Source of the DNA: Octopus vulgaris
Lineage: Eukaryota
Assembly: GCA_951406725.2 (NCBI GenBank)
Contig: OX597826.1
Coordinates: forward strand, 78,616,001-78,680,000
Reading direction: 5' to 3'
Length of the DNA stretch: 64,000 nt
Shown: positions 52,121 through 64,000 of the stretch, piece after piece
Numbering within the stretch: position 1 is the stretch's first letter
Layout of the letters: each line of letters opens with the position of its first letter
Made by a program: the position numbers and the translations under genes
Notes under the pieces: model-generated
Told to the model about the DNA's origin: nothing
Database searches by the model: none
Seen by the model: the letters and a program-made list of their open reading frames with translations, nothing else

Positions 52121-52464
52121 GGTAAAGAGGGATAGGTAAACTGATTAACAGACAGACACATTAACTGATTGGCTGATAAACAGTCCGATTGATGAACCGG
52201 TTGGCTAATAAACAGACAGATCGATTAACTGGGAGATTGGTTAAGAGCCAGGTAGATTAACCGGTTGATTAGTAAACAGGGAGATAGATCTATTGGTAAA
52301 CTACAAGACTGTTTGTGCATGTTTGATTTTTTTGTACGAATGTGTTCGTCGATGTTAATGTGTGTGTGTGTGTGTGTGTGTGTAATAGACTGGTTAATTT
52401 GTCACGTGGTCACGGCAGCTAAGTGTAATGGTGGTGATGGCGGTGGTATTGATACTGTTGATAA

Positions 52465-52702
52465 AGGCGTCGAGCTGGCAGAACCGTTAGCACGCCGGGC
52501 GAAATGCTTCGAGGTATTTCGTCTGCCGCTACGTTCTGAGTTCAAATTCTGCCGAGGTCGATTTTGCCTTTCATATTTTCGGGGTCGATAAATTAAGTAC
52601 CAGTTTCGCACTGGGGGTCGATATAATCGACTTAATCCGTTTGTCCGTCCTTGTTTGTCCTCTCTGTGTTTAGCCCCTTGTGGGTAGTAAAGAAATAGGT
52701 AT
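52465..52702 (+). mobile_element. SINE family B (tail 2), full length, 16-bp TSD
   Basis: GGTATTGATACTGTTG on both sides. Confidence 0.92.
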
Positions 52703-53605
52703 TGATACTGTTGGCGGTTTATGTATTAGTTGCGTTCGTGGTGGCGGCCGTGACGGTGGTGGTAGTGGTAGTGGAGGTGGTAGATTTGTTAGTGGAGGTG
52801 GTGGTGGTGGTTGAGTTAGTATTGACTTCGGCGCTGGTTAATGTGATGGTAAGGCGCATGGTACCGTTGGTAGTGAGGTAGCGGTGTTGGTGGCGGTCCT
52901 TTTTGACTAGCTTTCGGTTATGTTGTGGTATTGACGATGGTAGTTGAGGGTGATATTTTTAGTGATGGTCATTATAGTAACGACGGTGGTAGCGATGGTG
53001 GTGGTGGTGGTGGTGGTAGTGGTGGTGGTGGTGGAGTTTGTGACGGTTGTGGTACTGATTGTGGCAGTGATGGTCGGGAGGATACTGATGATGGTGGTTG
53101 TGTATATGTATGTGCATGCGTGTGGGGGTCGAATGTGTATGTGTCGGTGCGTGTGTGTGCGTATGTTTCGTGTGTGTGTGTTTTCACGCGTGCGTGCAAG
53201 TATCGGCATGTGTGTGTGTGTGTGTGTGTGCATGCATATGTCGATGCGTGAATGTGCGTGCAAGTATCACGGTGTGTGTGTGTGTGCACGTGTCAGTCAA
53301 TGTGTGTGTGCGCATGTGTCGGTGTGTGTGTGCGCGCGCATGCGTCGGTGAGTGTATTGTAGAAATGCAATGTTGGGTTTTAGAGAGGGTTTCTAAGACA
53401 ATTTATCCGAGAGAGTGGCATCGAGAGGGAGGAGAGTGAAAGCGATAGACACACACACACACTCGCGTTCACACATGAATACACACACATACACACATAC
53501 ACACACATATACACACACACATATACTAAGCGAGAAATACAGAGAAAGCGACAAAGAGACCAATTCACGAACTGAGAAATGAAGAAAAACGTGTAGAAGA
53601 GGGAC

Positions 53606-53668
<63 letters not shown>

Positions 53669-53677
53669 AAAAGTGAA

Positions 53678-54631
53678 TGAAAGATGCCAAAATAATGTAG
53701 GAGCAAGGACACAACCTTGCTTTACCCCATATTTTATTTGGAAGGCGGCTGATGTTGAACCATTGTGCTGTATGGTGCCTTGCATATCATTATGGAAAGA
53801 TGTGATGATCCTCAGCAGCTTTGGTGGACATCCGATTTTTTGGAGCAGGATGAAGAGGCCTTTTCTACTTACCGAGTCAAAGGCCTTTGTCAGATCAATG
53901 AAGGCCATATATAATGGTATTTTCTGCTCTCTGGACTTCTCCTGAAGTTGGCGTATGGAGAATATAATATCAATAGTTGATCTGCTTCTTCTAAAGCCAC
54001 ACTGCGATTCCGGATAGATTCGAGAAGCAAGTAGTTGTAGCCTGGCCAGGATAACGCGAGCAAAGGTCTTTCCAACAGTGCTTAGAAGAGATATTCCACG
54101 GTAATTGTTACAATCACCACGGTCACCTTTGTTTTTGTAAAGCGTAATGATGTTAGCATCCCGTATATCCTGAGGGACTGTACCCTCTTCCCAGCACTGA
54201 CACAGAAGCTCATGAAGGTGCCGAAGCAGGATGGTGTTTTTGCCGGCTTTGATGATCTCTGAGGGGATGTCGTCTTTTCCCGGAGCCTTGTTTCTTGCTA
54301 GAGAGTCAATAGCCTTGGTGAGCTCTGCTATAGATGGCGGACTGTCATGTTCGCACATGACTGGCAAGATCTTGACACTCTCGTTTGCAGCCTCAGCTAC
54401 TGTAGTCTCCCGTGAGTAGAGATCCTGGTAGTGCTCCACCCATCTATCCATTTGCTTGCTTTGATCCCTGATGAGATCTCCAGTAGTTGATTTCAGAGGG
54501 GCTGACTTGGTTGCGGATGGACCGAGGGCCTTCTTCAAACCGGCATACATCCCACGGGTGTCGCCCTTGTCAGCAGCTGACTGGATACTCTGACAGATTT
54601 CCTGCCAATACCTATTTGCACAGCGTCTGGT
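53678..54631 (-). pseudogene. RTE-BovB-type LINE RT fragment, ~310 codons without stops, truncated at both ends
   Basis: KAPGKDDIPSE, CWEEGTVPQD, NYRGISLLSTVGK, PESQCGFR, FIDLTKAFDSV and GVKQGCVLAPTLF; ends before YADD at a (GAAA)n tract. Confidence 0.95.
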
Positions 54632-54632
54632 A

Positions 54633-56137
<1,505 letters not shown>

Positions 56138-56999
56138 TATGGAACTTTCTTTTATCGAAGGCATTCTAACAAAAATGCTTCCGTATAAACGGTGAAAATA
56201 TTGGCAATTTCCCCAAACAGTGACACAATTAAATTTTTAGACAATAACCAAATCTCCTTCTCTCAAAGGGGTGGTGGTGGTGGTGGTGGTGGTGGTGGTT
56301 ACAGTTTACTCTTATTTAACAAATGCAACACAACAACTTTTCCCTTACAAGGAACCAACAAACGTGATAACAACAGTTAAACAGTAATAATAATAACAAC
56401 AAACCTTACGGTGAATTAAAAAGCAGTACGCAGTTGAAGCTATAGTCCTTTATGTATAAGAAATACACCAACAGCAGTACTCAGTAGAAGCGGCTGTTCG
56501 AGAAAACAGACATTACATACAGCCAAACTTCATATAGATACTTAATGCTAGCTAATTAGCAGATAATCTAATGTAAAAGCCGTGGTAAACGGTATGTGCA
56601 CAGCTCCATCTGGACTATTCCATTTCTGCACGCTAATTTTAATTTTAATTTATTCCCATTCATGTGAAACTACTTATTCAAGTTCAAGTCATTGATGCAA
56701 TTTTTTACCAATTGCTATTTTTAGTTTTGTTATGTTACGATTATATTATACTTTAGTTTGATTTTAATTATTACTTACTACATATAATTCAATTGTTATT
56801 ATTATCTCTAATTTTTATTGTTAAAGTGAAAGTATCTGACATAAAATAGAGAAATGTTTTTGTTTCACTTTTAACACGTAATGCTGAAATAGTGGAGAAG
56901 ATATGATATTGCTGTGGGCTCGCCCTAGGCAAGAAGTTGAACATTTTTTCTGCCCATGACAGACACACATTCTCAGTTTTATATATATATATATATATA

Positions 57000-57036
<37 letters not shown>

Positions 57037-57203
57037 ACACATATATATATAATACAAACAAATCTACATACATAATTATGGCTACATATAACACTTCTGG
57101 TTCGTGGATGTACTTATGTGATCGTGACGCCGCCATTTTATTCAGATATGATGACATTGCAAGAAATATCCCCATCCCCTCTCTCTCTCACTCTCTCTCT
57201 CTT

Positions 57204-57238
<35 letters not shown>

Positions 57239-57635
57239 TTCTCTATCTCACTCACTCTTTCATCTTCCTATATCTTCATCCACCTTTTTTTTCTTCCTCC
57301 CATAGGGAAATAGGTAGTTTAAAATATAATAAGCTTATAAAGGCGATATGAGGGGAGAGGGGAAGAGAGAAGGTGGGAGGAGAAAAGAGAAAGAGAGAGG
57401 GGTGTAGAGTAAGCGTAGAATAATATGAGTGACAGTGAGAGGGAAGATTGTGAAACAATGCTGGAGAAAATGTCAGCTGAGCGACATCCACACACACACA
57501 CATATACACACACCCTCATAGATACAATATATACATACGTAGTACAGATATGTGCCTGTGCATGTGAGTGTATATGTATGTGTATTATGTATATTTGTGA
57601 GCATATATATATATATGTTGGCGTGTGTGTGTGTA

Positions 57636-57676
<41 letters not shown>

Positions 57677-58045
57677 ATGGATGTCATTGATGTAAGAATT
57701 GTAAAATATACTTGTACATAGGTTAGAAGGGACAAATATTACCTGATGACAGGACTCAAAACTCGGAGTCGAGTTCAAACTTTATTTTCCCCATATCAAA
57801 GAAATCTAGTTTATTCAAAAAGATACACGCAAACACACACACGCAGGAACACACACATTATGTACGTCTCTGTATTCGTACTTGCTTACATACATACACG
57901 CATGTACACGTACACTCATACACATACATATTTTTTTCATACCCTTTGAAATTACTTATTCGTGGTTTGGGCTTTAACTGCTCTTTCCAGCATGTAAGGT
58001 GTCCTGTTAAAGGTCACCTCTTGTATGTATAAATACGTACACTAT

Positions 58046-58118
<73 letters not shown>

Positions 58119-58136
58119 ATGTGTATATATATATAC

Positions 58137-58216
<80 letters not shown>

Positions 58217-58231
58217 ATGTGTATATATATA

Positions 58232-58459
58232 TGGCGAGCTGGCAGAAACGTTAGCACGCCGGGCGAAATGCGTAGCCGTATTTCGTCTGTCGTTACGTTT
58301 TGAGTTCAAATTCCGCCGAGGTCGACTTTGCCTTTCATCCTTTCGGGGTCGATAAATAAAGTACCAGTTTCACACTGGGGTCGATGTAATCGACTTAATC
58401 CCTTTGTCTGTCCTTGTTTGTCCCCTCTATGTTTAGCCCCTTGTGAGCAGTAAAGAAAT
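58232..58459 (+). mobile_element. SINE family B (tail 2) inserted in (TA)n
   Basis: Full consensus-like copy. Confidence 0.92.
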
Positions 58460-59059
58460 ATATATATATATATATGTGTGTGTGTGTAGTTTTTGATTAA
58501 AACTGAAACTGAGAGTTCGTCTCATGACTCGAATCTCAATAAAAATAGTCAGATTCACCACAACATGCATTGAGCCCTTCTCGTATCTCATTAGCCCAAT
58601 ATAAACTAACATGTGAATAGCAAATGTTTTCTATTTTTCTTTTCGTTAGATTGACTTCTGTAAGTATGACGTCCTGGTATGTTTCATTTGGTGTGCGTTG
58701 GTCGTTGTTCGGTTTGTTTGTGAATACCGACTTTAGTGTAGTGCATAGAGTGTTCAAATCTTTATTAATTTGTTCTTGTTTTAAAATGAATTCGTTGAAA
58801 GTGTCGTGGATAGGTGGTTGTTGTTCATTGTTGGGTTGCCTAAATACCAATCTTGAGAAATTAGGTTTCTCAAAACCAACCAGAAAGGAAAAGGCTAATT
58901 CAAAGACTACAAATCCAAGCCATCACTGGAACTGTAAAATCTCTACAATCTATAAAACTTTCCAAAGGTTTATCATTTAAGTAAATATGCACATGTCTAG
59001 ATATGTAAGTATATGCACGAGAAGACATGCCTGAAACAAAACATACAAATCTGAACGTA

Positions 59060-59750
59060 TACAAACATACATACACATACATACACATACATACATACAT
59101 ACATACATACATACATACATACATACATACATACATACATACATACATAAACATACATACATAAACATACATACATACTTAAATACATACATACATACAT
59201 ACATACATACATACATAAACATACATACATAAACATACATACATACATACATACATACATAAACATACATACATAAACATACATACATACTTAAATACAT
59301 ACATACATACATACATACATACATAAACATACATACATAAACATACATACATACATACATACATACATAAACATACATACATAAACATACATACATACAT
59401 ACATACATACATAAACATACATACATAAACATACATACATAAACATACATACATACATAAACATACATACATACATAAACATACATACATACATACATAC
59501 ATAAACATACATACATAAACATACATACATACATACATAAACATACATACGTACATAAACATACATACATAAACATGCATACATACATAAACATACATAC
59601 ATACATAAACATACATACATACATAAACATATATACATACATAAACATACATACATACATACATACATACATACATACATACATACATACATACATACAT
59701 ACATACATACATACATACACACACACATACATACATGCATAAACATACGT
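59060..59750. repeat. ~690-bp (TACA)n/(TAAA) compound microsatellite
   Basis: Direct reading; source of the MYVC ORFs. Confidence 0.98.
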
Positions 59751-59981
59751 ATGTTGGTGCTGTGACTAAAGCTACAAAGTGACAAAGGGATGTTTCAGCG
59801 GACTTCGGAAGTTGTGGAAGCCAGAGCGGTCGGCTATCAATAAAACTGTATCCCACAATGCTTGCGAGGTGCCAGTGCCACAGAATAACGAATGAAATAT
59901 TGGATTAGGTACCTGAAGAAATCTGCTGCTTGGAGAACAGAACAAGGAAGATGCTGACAACGGCTGGTAACTTCCACATCA

Positions 59982-60365
59982 TGGAAGCACTCCGTCGGTT
60001 ACGACGACGAGGGTTCCGGTTGATCCGAATCAACGGAACAGCCTGCTCGTGAAATTAACGTGTAAGTGGCTGAGCACTCCACAGGCACGTGCACCCTTAC
60101 CGTAGTTCTCGGGGATATTCAGCGTGACACAGAGAGTGACAAGGCCGGCCCTTTGAAATACAGGTACAACAGAAACAGGAGGAAAGAGTGAGAGAAAGTT
60201 GTGGTGAAAGAGTGCAGCAGGGATCACCACCATCCCCTGCCGGAGCCTCGTGGAGCCTTTAGGTGTTTTCGCTCAATAAACACTCACAACGCCCGGTCTA
60301 GGAATCGAAACCGCGATCCTATGACCGCGAGTCCGCTGCCCTAACCACTGGGCCATTGCGCCTCC
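59982..60365 (-). mobile_element. SINE family C
   Basis: Reverse complement of 12745-13127. Confidence 0.92.
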
Positions 60366-60658
60366 ACATCTTCCATATCAACAATAACACTGACAGGAAT
60401 TGCGTTTAACAAAGGGATCGGTTCAGACGGCTTTTTAGTGCCGCTTAGTCTCACTTTGGCAACACGTATTGGACAATAAAGAGAGAAATCTGCATGACGG
60501 GTGCATACTCAACAGTGAAGGGAACAACATGATGAGATTAGGCAAAGAACTCCTGAATAAGAACTCTGAATTTACAGTTGTTCCATGTGAACCAAAGGTG
60601 ACTGGACTGACCTGCTTAAACCGAGACTTGGAAGGGTAATACTCATCATAGTAGCAGA

Positions 60659-60924
60659 AAACTATGCCCGGGTACATGTCCCACAAGCTATGCCTGGGTA
60701 AATATGTCACAAGCTATGCCTGGATACATGTCCCATAAGCTATGCCTGGGTAAATATGTCACAAGCTATGCCTGGATACATGTCCCATAAGCTATGCCCG
60801 GGTACATGTCCCACAAGCTATGCCTGAGTACATATGTCACAAGCTATGCCCGGATACATATCCCACAAGTTATGCCTGGGTACATATGTCACAAGCTATG
60901 CCTGGGTACATGTCCCACAAGCTA
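60659..60924. repeat. 26-bp minisatellite, 10 units, two alternating subtypes
   Basis: A = AAGCTATGCCYGGRTACATGTCCCAY, B = AAGCTATGCCTGGGTAMATATGTCAC; order ABABAABABA. Confidence 0.95.
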
Positions 60925-61602
60925 GGGAATGCCAACACCACTGACATGAATGGAACCTCTCCTGGATCTGTGATGAGTTCAACACATCTTACTGAATAGG
61001 CGATAACTAGATCTACAAAAGAGATAAGGATGTCTCTAAACCTCCACGTTGAGAAAGTTTCCATTGCGTCATACCAGTGCAGAATGGTTCGTATAAGCAG
61101 TGGCTGTCCAAAAGTGTTCATAATATACAACCGACATGACAGTGTCGCATTGACGGTCAACGATGTGATACGCAGCAAGGATTGTCCTGGTGGTCAGACT
61201 AAAGGGGCAATGCCTGAATCAGAAATAGCCACACATTTTGAGGGATCGTCATTAATTAAACAATATTTATGCACAACATGACGTAATTCAGAAAAACGTA
61301 AACAAAATTTAAATGTTATAAAGCCTCACTAGACACACACACCACGCGCACAGTGTGTGTGTGTGTGTTATGAGGATGTAAATATTAAAAGCATCGAATC
61401 TGGATAAACAGCTTTAGATTCAAGCCTACGAATAAGCTGATCAGATGAAGCTTATACAGATTGCCAGAAGCTACCAAAAGATGTTCTGCGAATGATGGAC
61501 ATATTATAACATAATATAAAATAATATAGGCCTTTGTACAGATATATATATATACAGAGAGAGAGAGAAAGGGAGAGAGATGCATATTTATATACACAAA
61601 CA

Positions 61603-61676
<74 letters not shown>

Positions 61677-61754
61677 CTTCATCAGGGCAGCCGAATCATT
61701 ACTTTTATCTGTGAAGCTTTGTCGCCTTGCCGGACACAAAAGCTGGCATTGGGC

Positions 61755-61797
61755 TGACCTGATGACCTCTATAGGGTTGACCAATGACTATTGACCT
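61755..61797. promoter_or_regulatory. Candidate nuclear-receptor response element cluster (DR2 + DR1/DR1)
   Basis: TGACCT-ga-TGACCT (61755-61768) and TGACCA-a-TGACTA-t-TGACCT (61778-61797) in non-repetitive-looking DNA. Confidence 0.35.
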
Positions 61798-61959
61798 TAA
61801 TACTGACACCGTTACGTCGTTGCTAAAGCGAATCAGCAAAAGAAGAATCAGAGCTTTTGATCAGACTAAAGATGATGTGCAACGGTTTCCTTCACGTTGC
61901 CGCTATATGCTCCAGTAATGGCGTCACCTATGCACCGATGTCAATCAATCGATTTCAAA

Positions 61960-62163
61960 GTTTGGCACAAGGCCAGCAATTTCGGTGGAGATGACAAGTC
62001 GATTACATCGATCCCAGTGCATAACTGGTACTTATTTCATCGACACCGAAAGGTGTAAAAGGCAAAGTCGACCTCGGCGGAATTGAACTTAGAACATAAA
62101 CACGGACGAAATACCGTTAAGCGTTTTGTCCGGTACGCTAAAGTTTGTGCCTGCTCACCACCT
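61960..62163 (-). mobile_element. SINE family B (tail 1), diverged
   Basis: GGCACAAGGCCAGCAATTTCGG...GGCAAAGTCGACCTCGGCGGAATTGAAC. Confidence 0.85.
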
Positions 62164-62181
62164 TTACACAGTCTAATAATA

Positions 62182-62581
62182 TTCTTTTCTACTCTAAGCA
62201 CAAGGTCCGAAATTTTGGGGGAGGGGACCAGTCGATTAGGTCGACCCCACTAAGCAGCTGGTACTTATTTCATCGACACCGAAAGCTGTTAAAGGCAAAG
62301 TCGACCTCGGCAGGATTTGAACATAGAACATAAAGACAGACGAAATACCTATTTCTTTACTACCCACAAGGGGCTAAACACAGAGAGGAAAAACAAGGAC
62401 AGACAAACGGATTAAATCGATTACATCGACCCCAGTGCGTAACTGGTACTTAATTTATCGACCCCGAAAGGATGAAAGGCAAAGTCGACCTCGGCGGAAT
62501 TTGAACTCAGAACATAGCGGCAGACGAAATACTGCCAAGCATTTCGCCCGGCGTGCTAACGTCTCTGCCAGTTCGCCGCCT
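62182..62581 (-). mobile_element. SINE family B dimer (tail2-tail1) under one 19-bp TSD
   Basis: TTACACAGT(C/T)TAATAATAT on both flanks; junction GACAGACGAAATACCTATTTC. Confidence 0.9.
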
Positions 62582-62933
62582 TACACAGTTTAATAATATC
62601 GATAAAAGATCGAACTGTATCATTTCACTGCATTCAAATGGAATCACAAATTCGCTGGTCCTATATTCAAACATCCCTCTGGATTGGTTTTCATTCTTGG
62701 TTTGATTTCTTAATTCTTCTGCTCATCTGCACCGTTTTCCTAACCATTCAGCTTTTAGTCGTACGCTACTTCTGCTCGGTTATCTATTCGTTTCATGTCT
62801 GCGCCAGGCTTGCACCTATCATCTCTTTCCTTCCCATGGAAGCTTCCCTCAATCTCCATTTCCCATTTCTTCTTCACATTTTTAGCAGAGTTCTATATAT
62901 TTTACGTAACTTATATGTGAGTGGATGTCTGTC

Positions 62934-62981
<48 letters not shown>

Positions 62982-63011
62982 TGTGCGTGTGTGTGTTTGT
63001 ATCTTATATTA

Positions 63012-63240
63012 CTCACTGGTTTCAGTCATTTGAATGCGGCCATGCTGGGGCACCGCCTTGGAGGGTTTTAGTCGAAAAAATTGACCCCGGTACTTTCTTA
63101 AGTACAATACTTATAGTATCGGGCTCTTTTGTACAACTGCTAAATTTGGGGACATAAACACACCAACACCGGTTGTCGAGCGGTAGGCCGGGGGGCAAAC
63201 AAGGAGACAAAGACACACACACACACACACACGCATACAC
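63012..63240 (-). mobile_element. SINE family A 3' half
   Basis: GTTTCAGTCATTTGAATGCGGCCATGCTGGGGCACCGCC...ACACCAACACCGGTTGTCGAGCG. Confidence 0.85.
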
Positions 63241-63250
63241 ATAGATATAT

Positions 63251-63589
63251 GCTGAGACCCCCTTCGGTCATGACTGACCATGGGATTGCACCTGCAAAGT
63301 CACCCTCCGAGGCACAATCCGGGCAAGTTTGTTTATGGAATAAATGGCAGTCGCCCATGAATACCGGCCCCCGTTACCCACGCCACCAGTGTTATTCAAG
63401 GGAAAGGTAAAGGGGCCGATACAGCTTGGTACCTGTGACGTCGCAACTCATTTCTGCAGCTGAGTGAACTGGAGCAACGTGAAATAAAGTGTCTTGCTTA
63501 AGAACACAACACGCAGCCCAGTCCGGGATTGGAACTTACAACCTCACGATCGTAAGCTCCACGCTCTAACCACTGAGCCATGCGCCTTC
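63251..63589 (-). mobile_element. SINE family E
   Basis: Homologous to 17509-17877; tRNA-like head at 63520-63589. Confidence 0.9.
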
Positions 63590-63693
63590 ACTTCTACATG
63601 AATAGTGGTGACAGTGACCTCGAAGGAAAGCTAGCAGGCCTAGAAAAGTTAGCAGGCCGAAGCTTCGTGGTTAGTATCACCACTATTGATAGA

Positions 63694-63900
63694 AAGCGGC
63701 CAGCTGGCAGAAACGTTAGCACGAAATGTTTAGCGGTATTTCATCTGTCTTTACGTTCTGAGTTCAAATTCCGCCGAGGTCGACTTTGCCTTTCATCCTT
63801 TCGGGGTCGATAAATTAAGTACCAGTTGCGTACTGGGGTAGATCTAATCGACTGGCCCCCTCCTTGAAATTTTCGGGCCTTGTGTCTAGAGTAGAAAATA
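63694..63900 (+). mobile_element. SINE family B (tail 1)
   Basis: CAGCTGGCAGAAACGTTAGCAC...GTTCTGAGTTCAAATTCCGCCGAGGTCGAC...TTTCGGGCCTTGTGTCTAGAGTAGAAAA. Confidence 0.9.
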
Positions 63901-63919
63901 ATATTTAATAGATTGAGAG

Positions 63920-63967
<48 letters not shown>

Positions 63968-64000
63968 GTATATATTTAATGTAATATTTTGTCCGCTGCA

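Larger units (their letters stand above)
59770..61200 (-). pseudogene. Probable Gypsy LTR-retrotransposon RNaseH-integrase relic, split by a minisatellite and a SINE
   Basis: Weak motifs in the correct order on the minus strand: RCVELITDPGEVPFM (RHFTLITDQ..V.FM), WDMYPG (DIVYRPG), GSHGTT..FLFRSSLP (CHPG.TR..FVRS.NLP), VIVDME (IVDEYSR) and IADRS (HSDRG). Confidence 0.4.

Noticed and set aside
53393-53677. C-terminal ~95 aa of the 385-aa ORF
   Set aside because: Read-through into (TTTC)n/(GT)n after a frameshift at APTLF; not part of the RT.
57740-57776. Hammerhead candidate CTGATGA-CAGGACTC-AAAAC-TCGGA-GTC
   Set aside because: GAAA is mutated and neither stem I nor stem II pairs convincingly; at best an unprovable relic.
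58536-58850. 104-aa ORF as a host gene
   Set aside because: No motif or ATG context that I can support; more likely a TE relic.
61684-61700. Minus-strand CTGATGA hammerhead start
   Set aside because: It runs into (CA)n with no GAAA/NUH half.

Overview
This is repeat-saturated eukaryotic DNA, not prokaryotic. Very dense (TA)n/(CA)n/(TACA)n/(GATA)n/trinucleotide microsatellites and five tRNA-derived SINE families fit a coleoid cephalopod, probably Octopus; this assignment is pattern recognition, not a database result. I cannot support any intact host protein-coding gene, and almost all ORFs in the track are microsatellite artefacts. Recognisable coding remnants all come from transposons: a Helitron PIF1 helicase, R4/Dong-like and Tx1/L1-like RTs, a fresh-looking RTE-BovB RT fragment, a CR1-like LINE 3' half, a full-length and an internally deleted mariner, a Tc1 5' end, hAT ends and a probable Gypsy RNaseH-integrase relic. 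The most interesting hidden layer is at least 6-9 minimal type I hammerhead-ribozyme motifs (CUGANGA...GAAA-short stem III-UH) from different sequence families. Several sit in Penelope-like inverted repeats and one in a 306-bp retrozyme-like tandem unit. Also notable are a Helitron whose empty A|T site is preserved in the opposite arm of a ribozyme-bearing inverted repeat, a LINE/SINE shared 3' stem-loop with compensatory changes, SINE multimers joined at one fixed motif, a purine-rich satellite wrapped around an array of its own reverse-complement core, and a DR2+DR1 nuclear-receptor half-site cluster. Coordinates were counted by hand, so ends of decayed elements are approximate.
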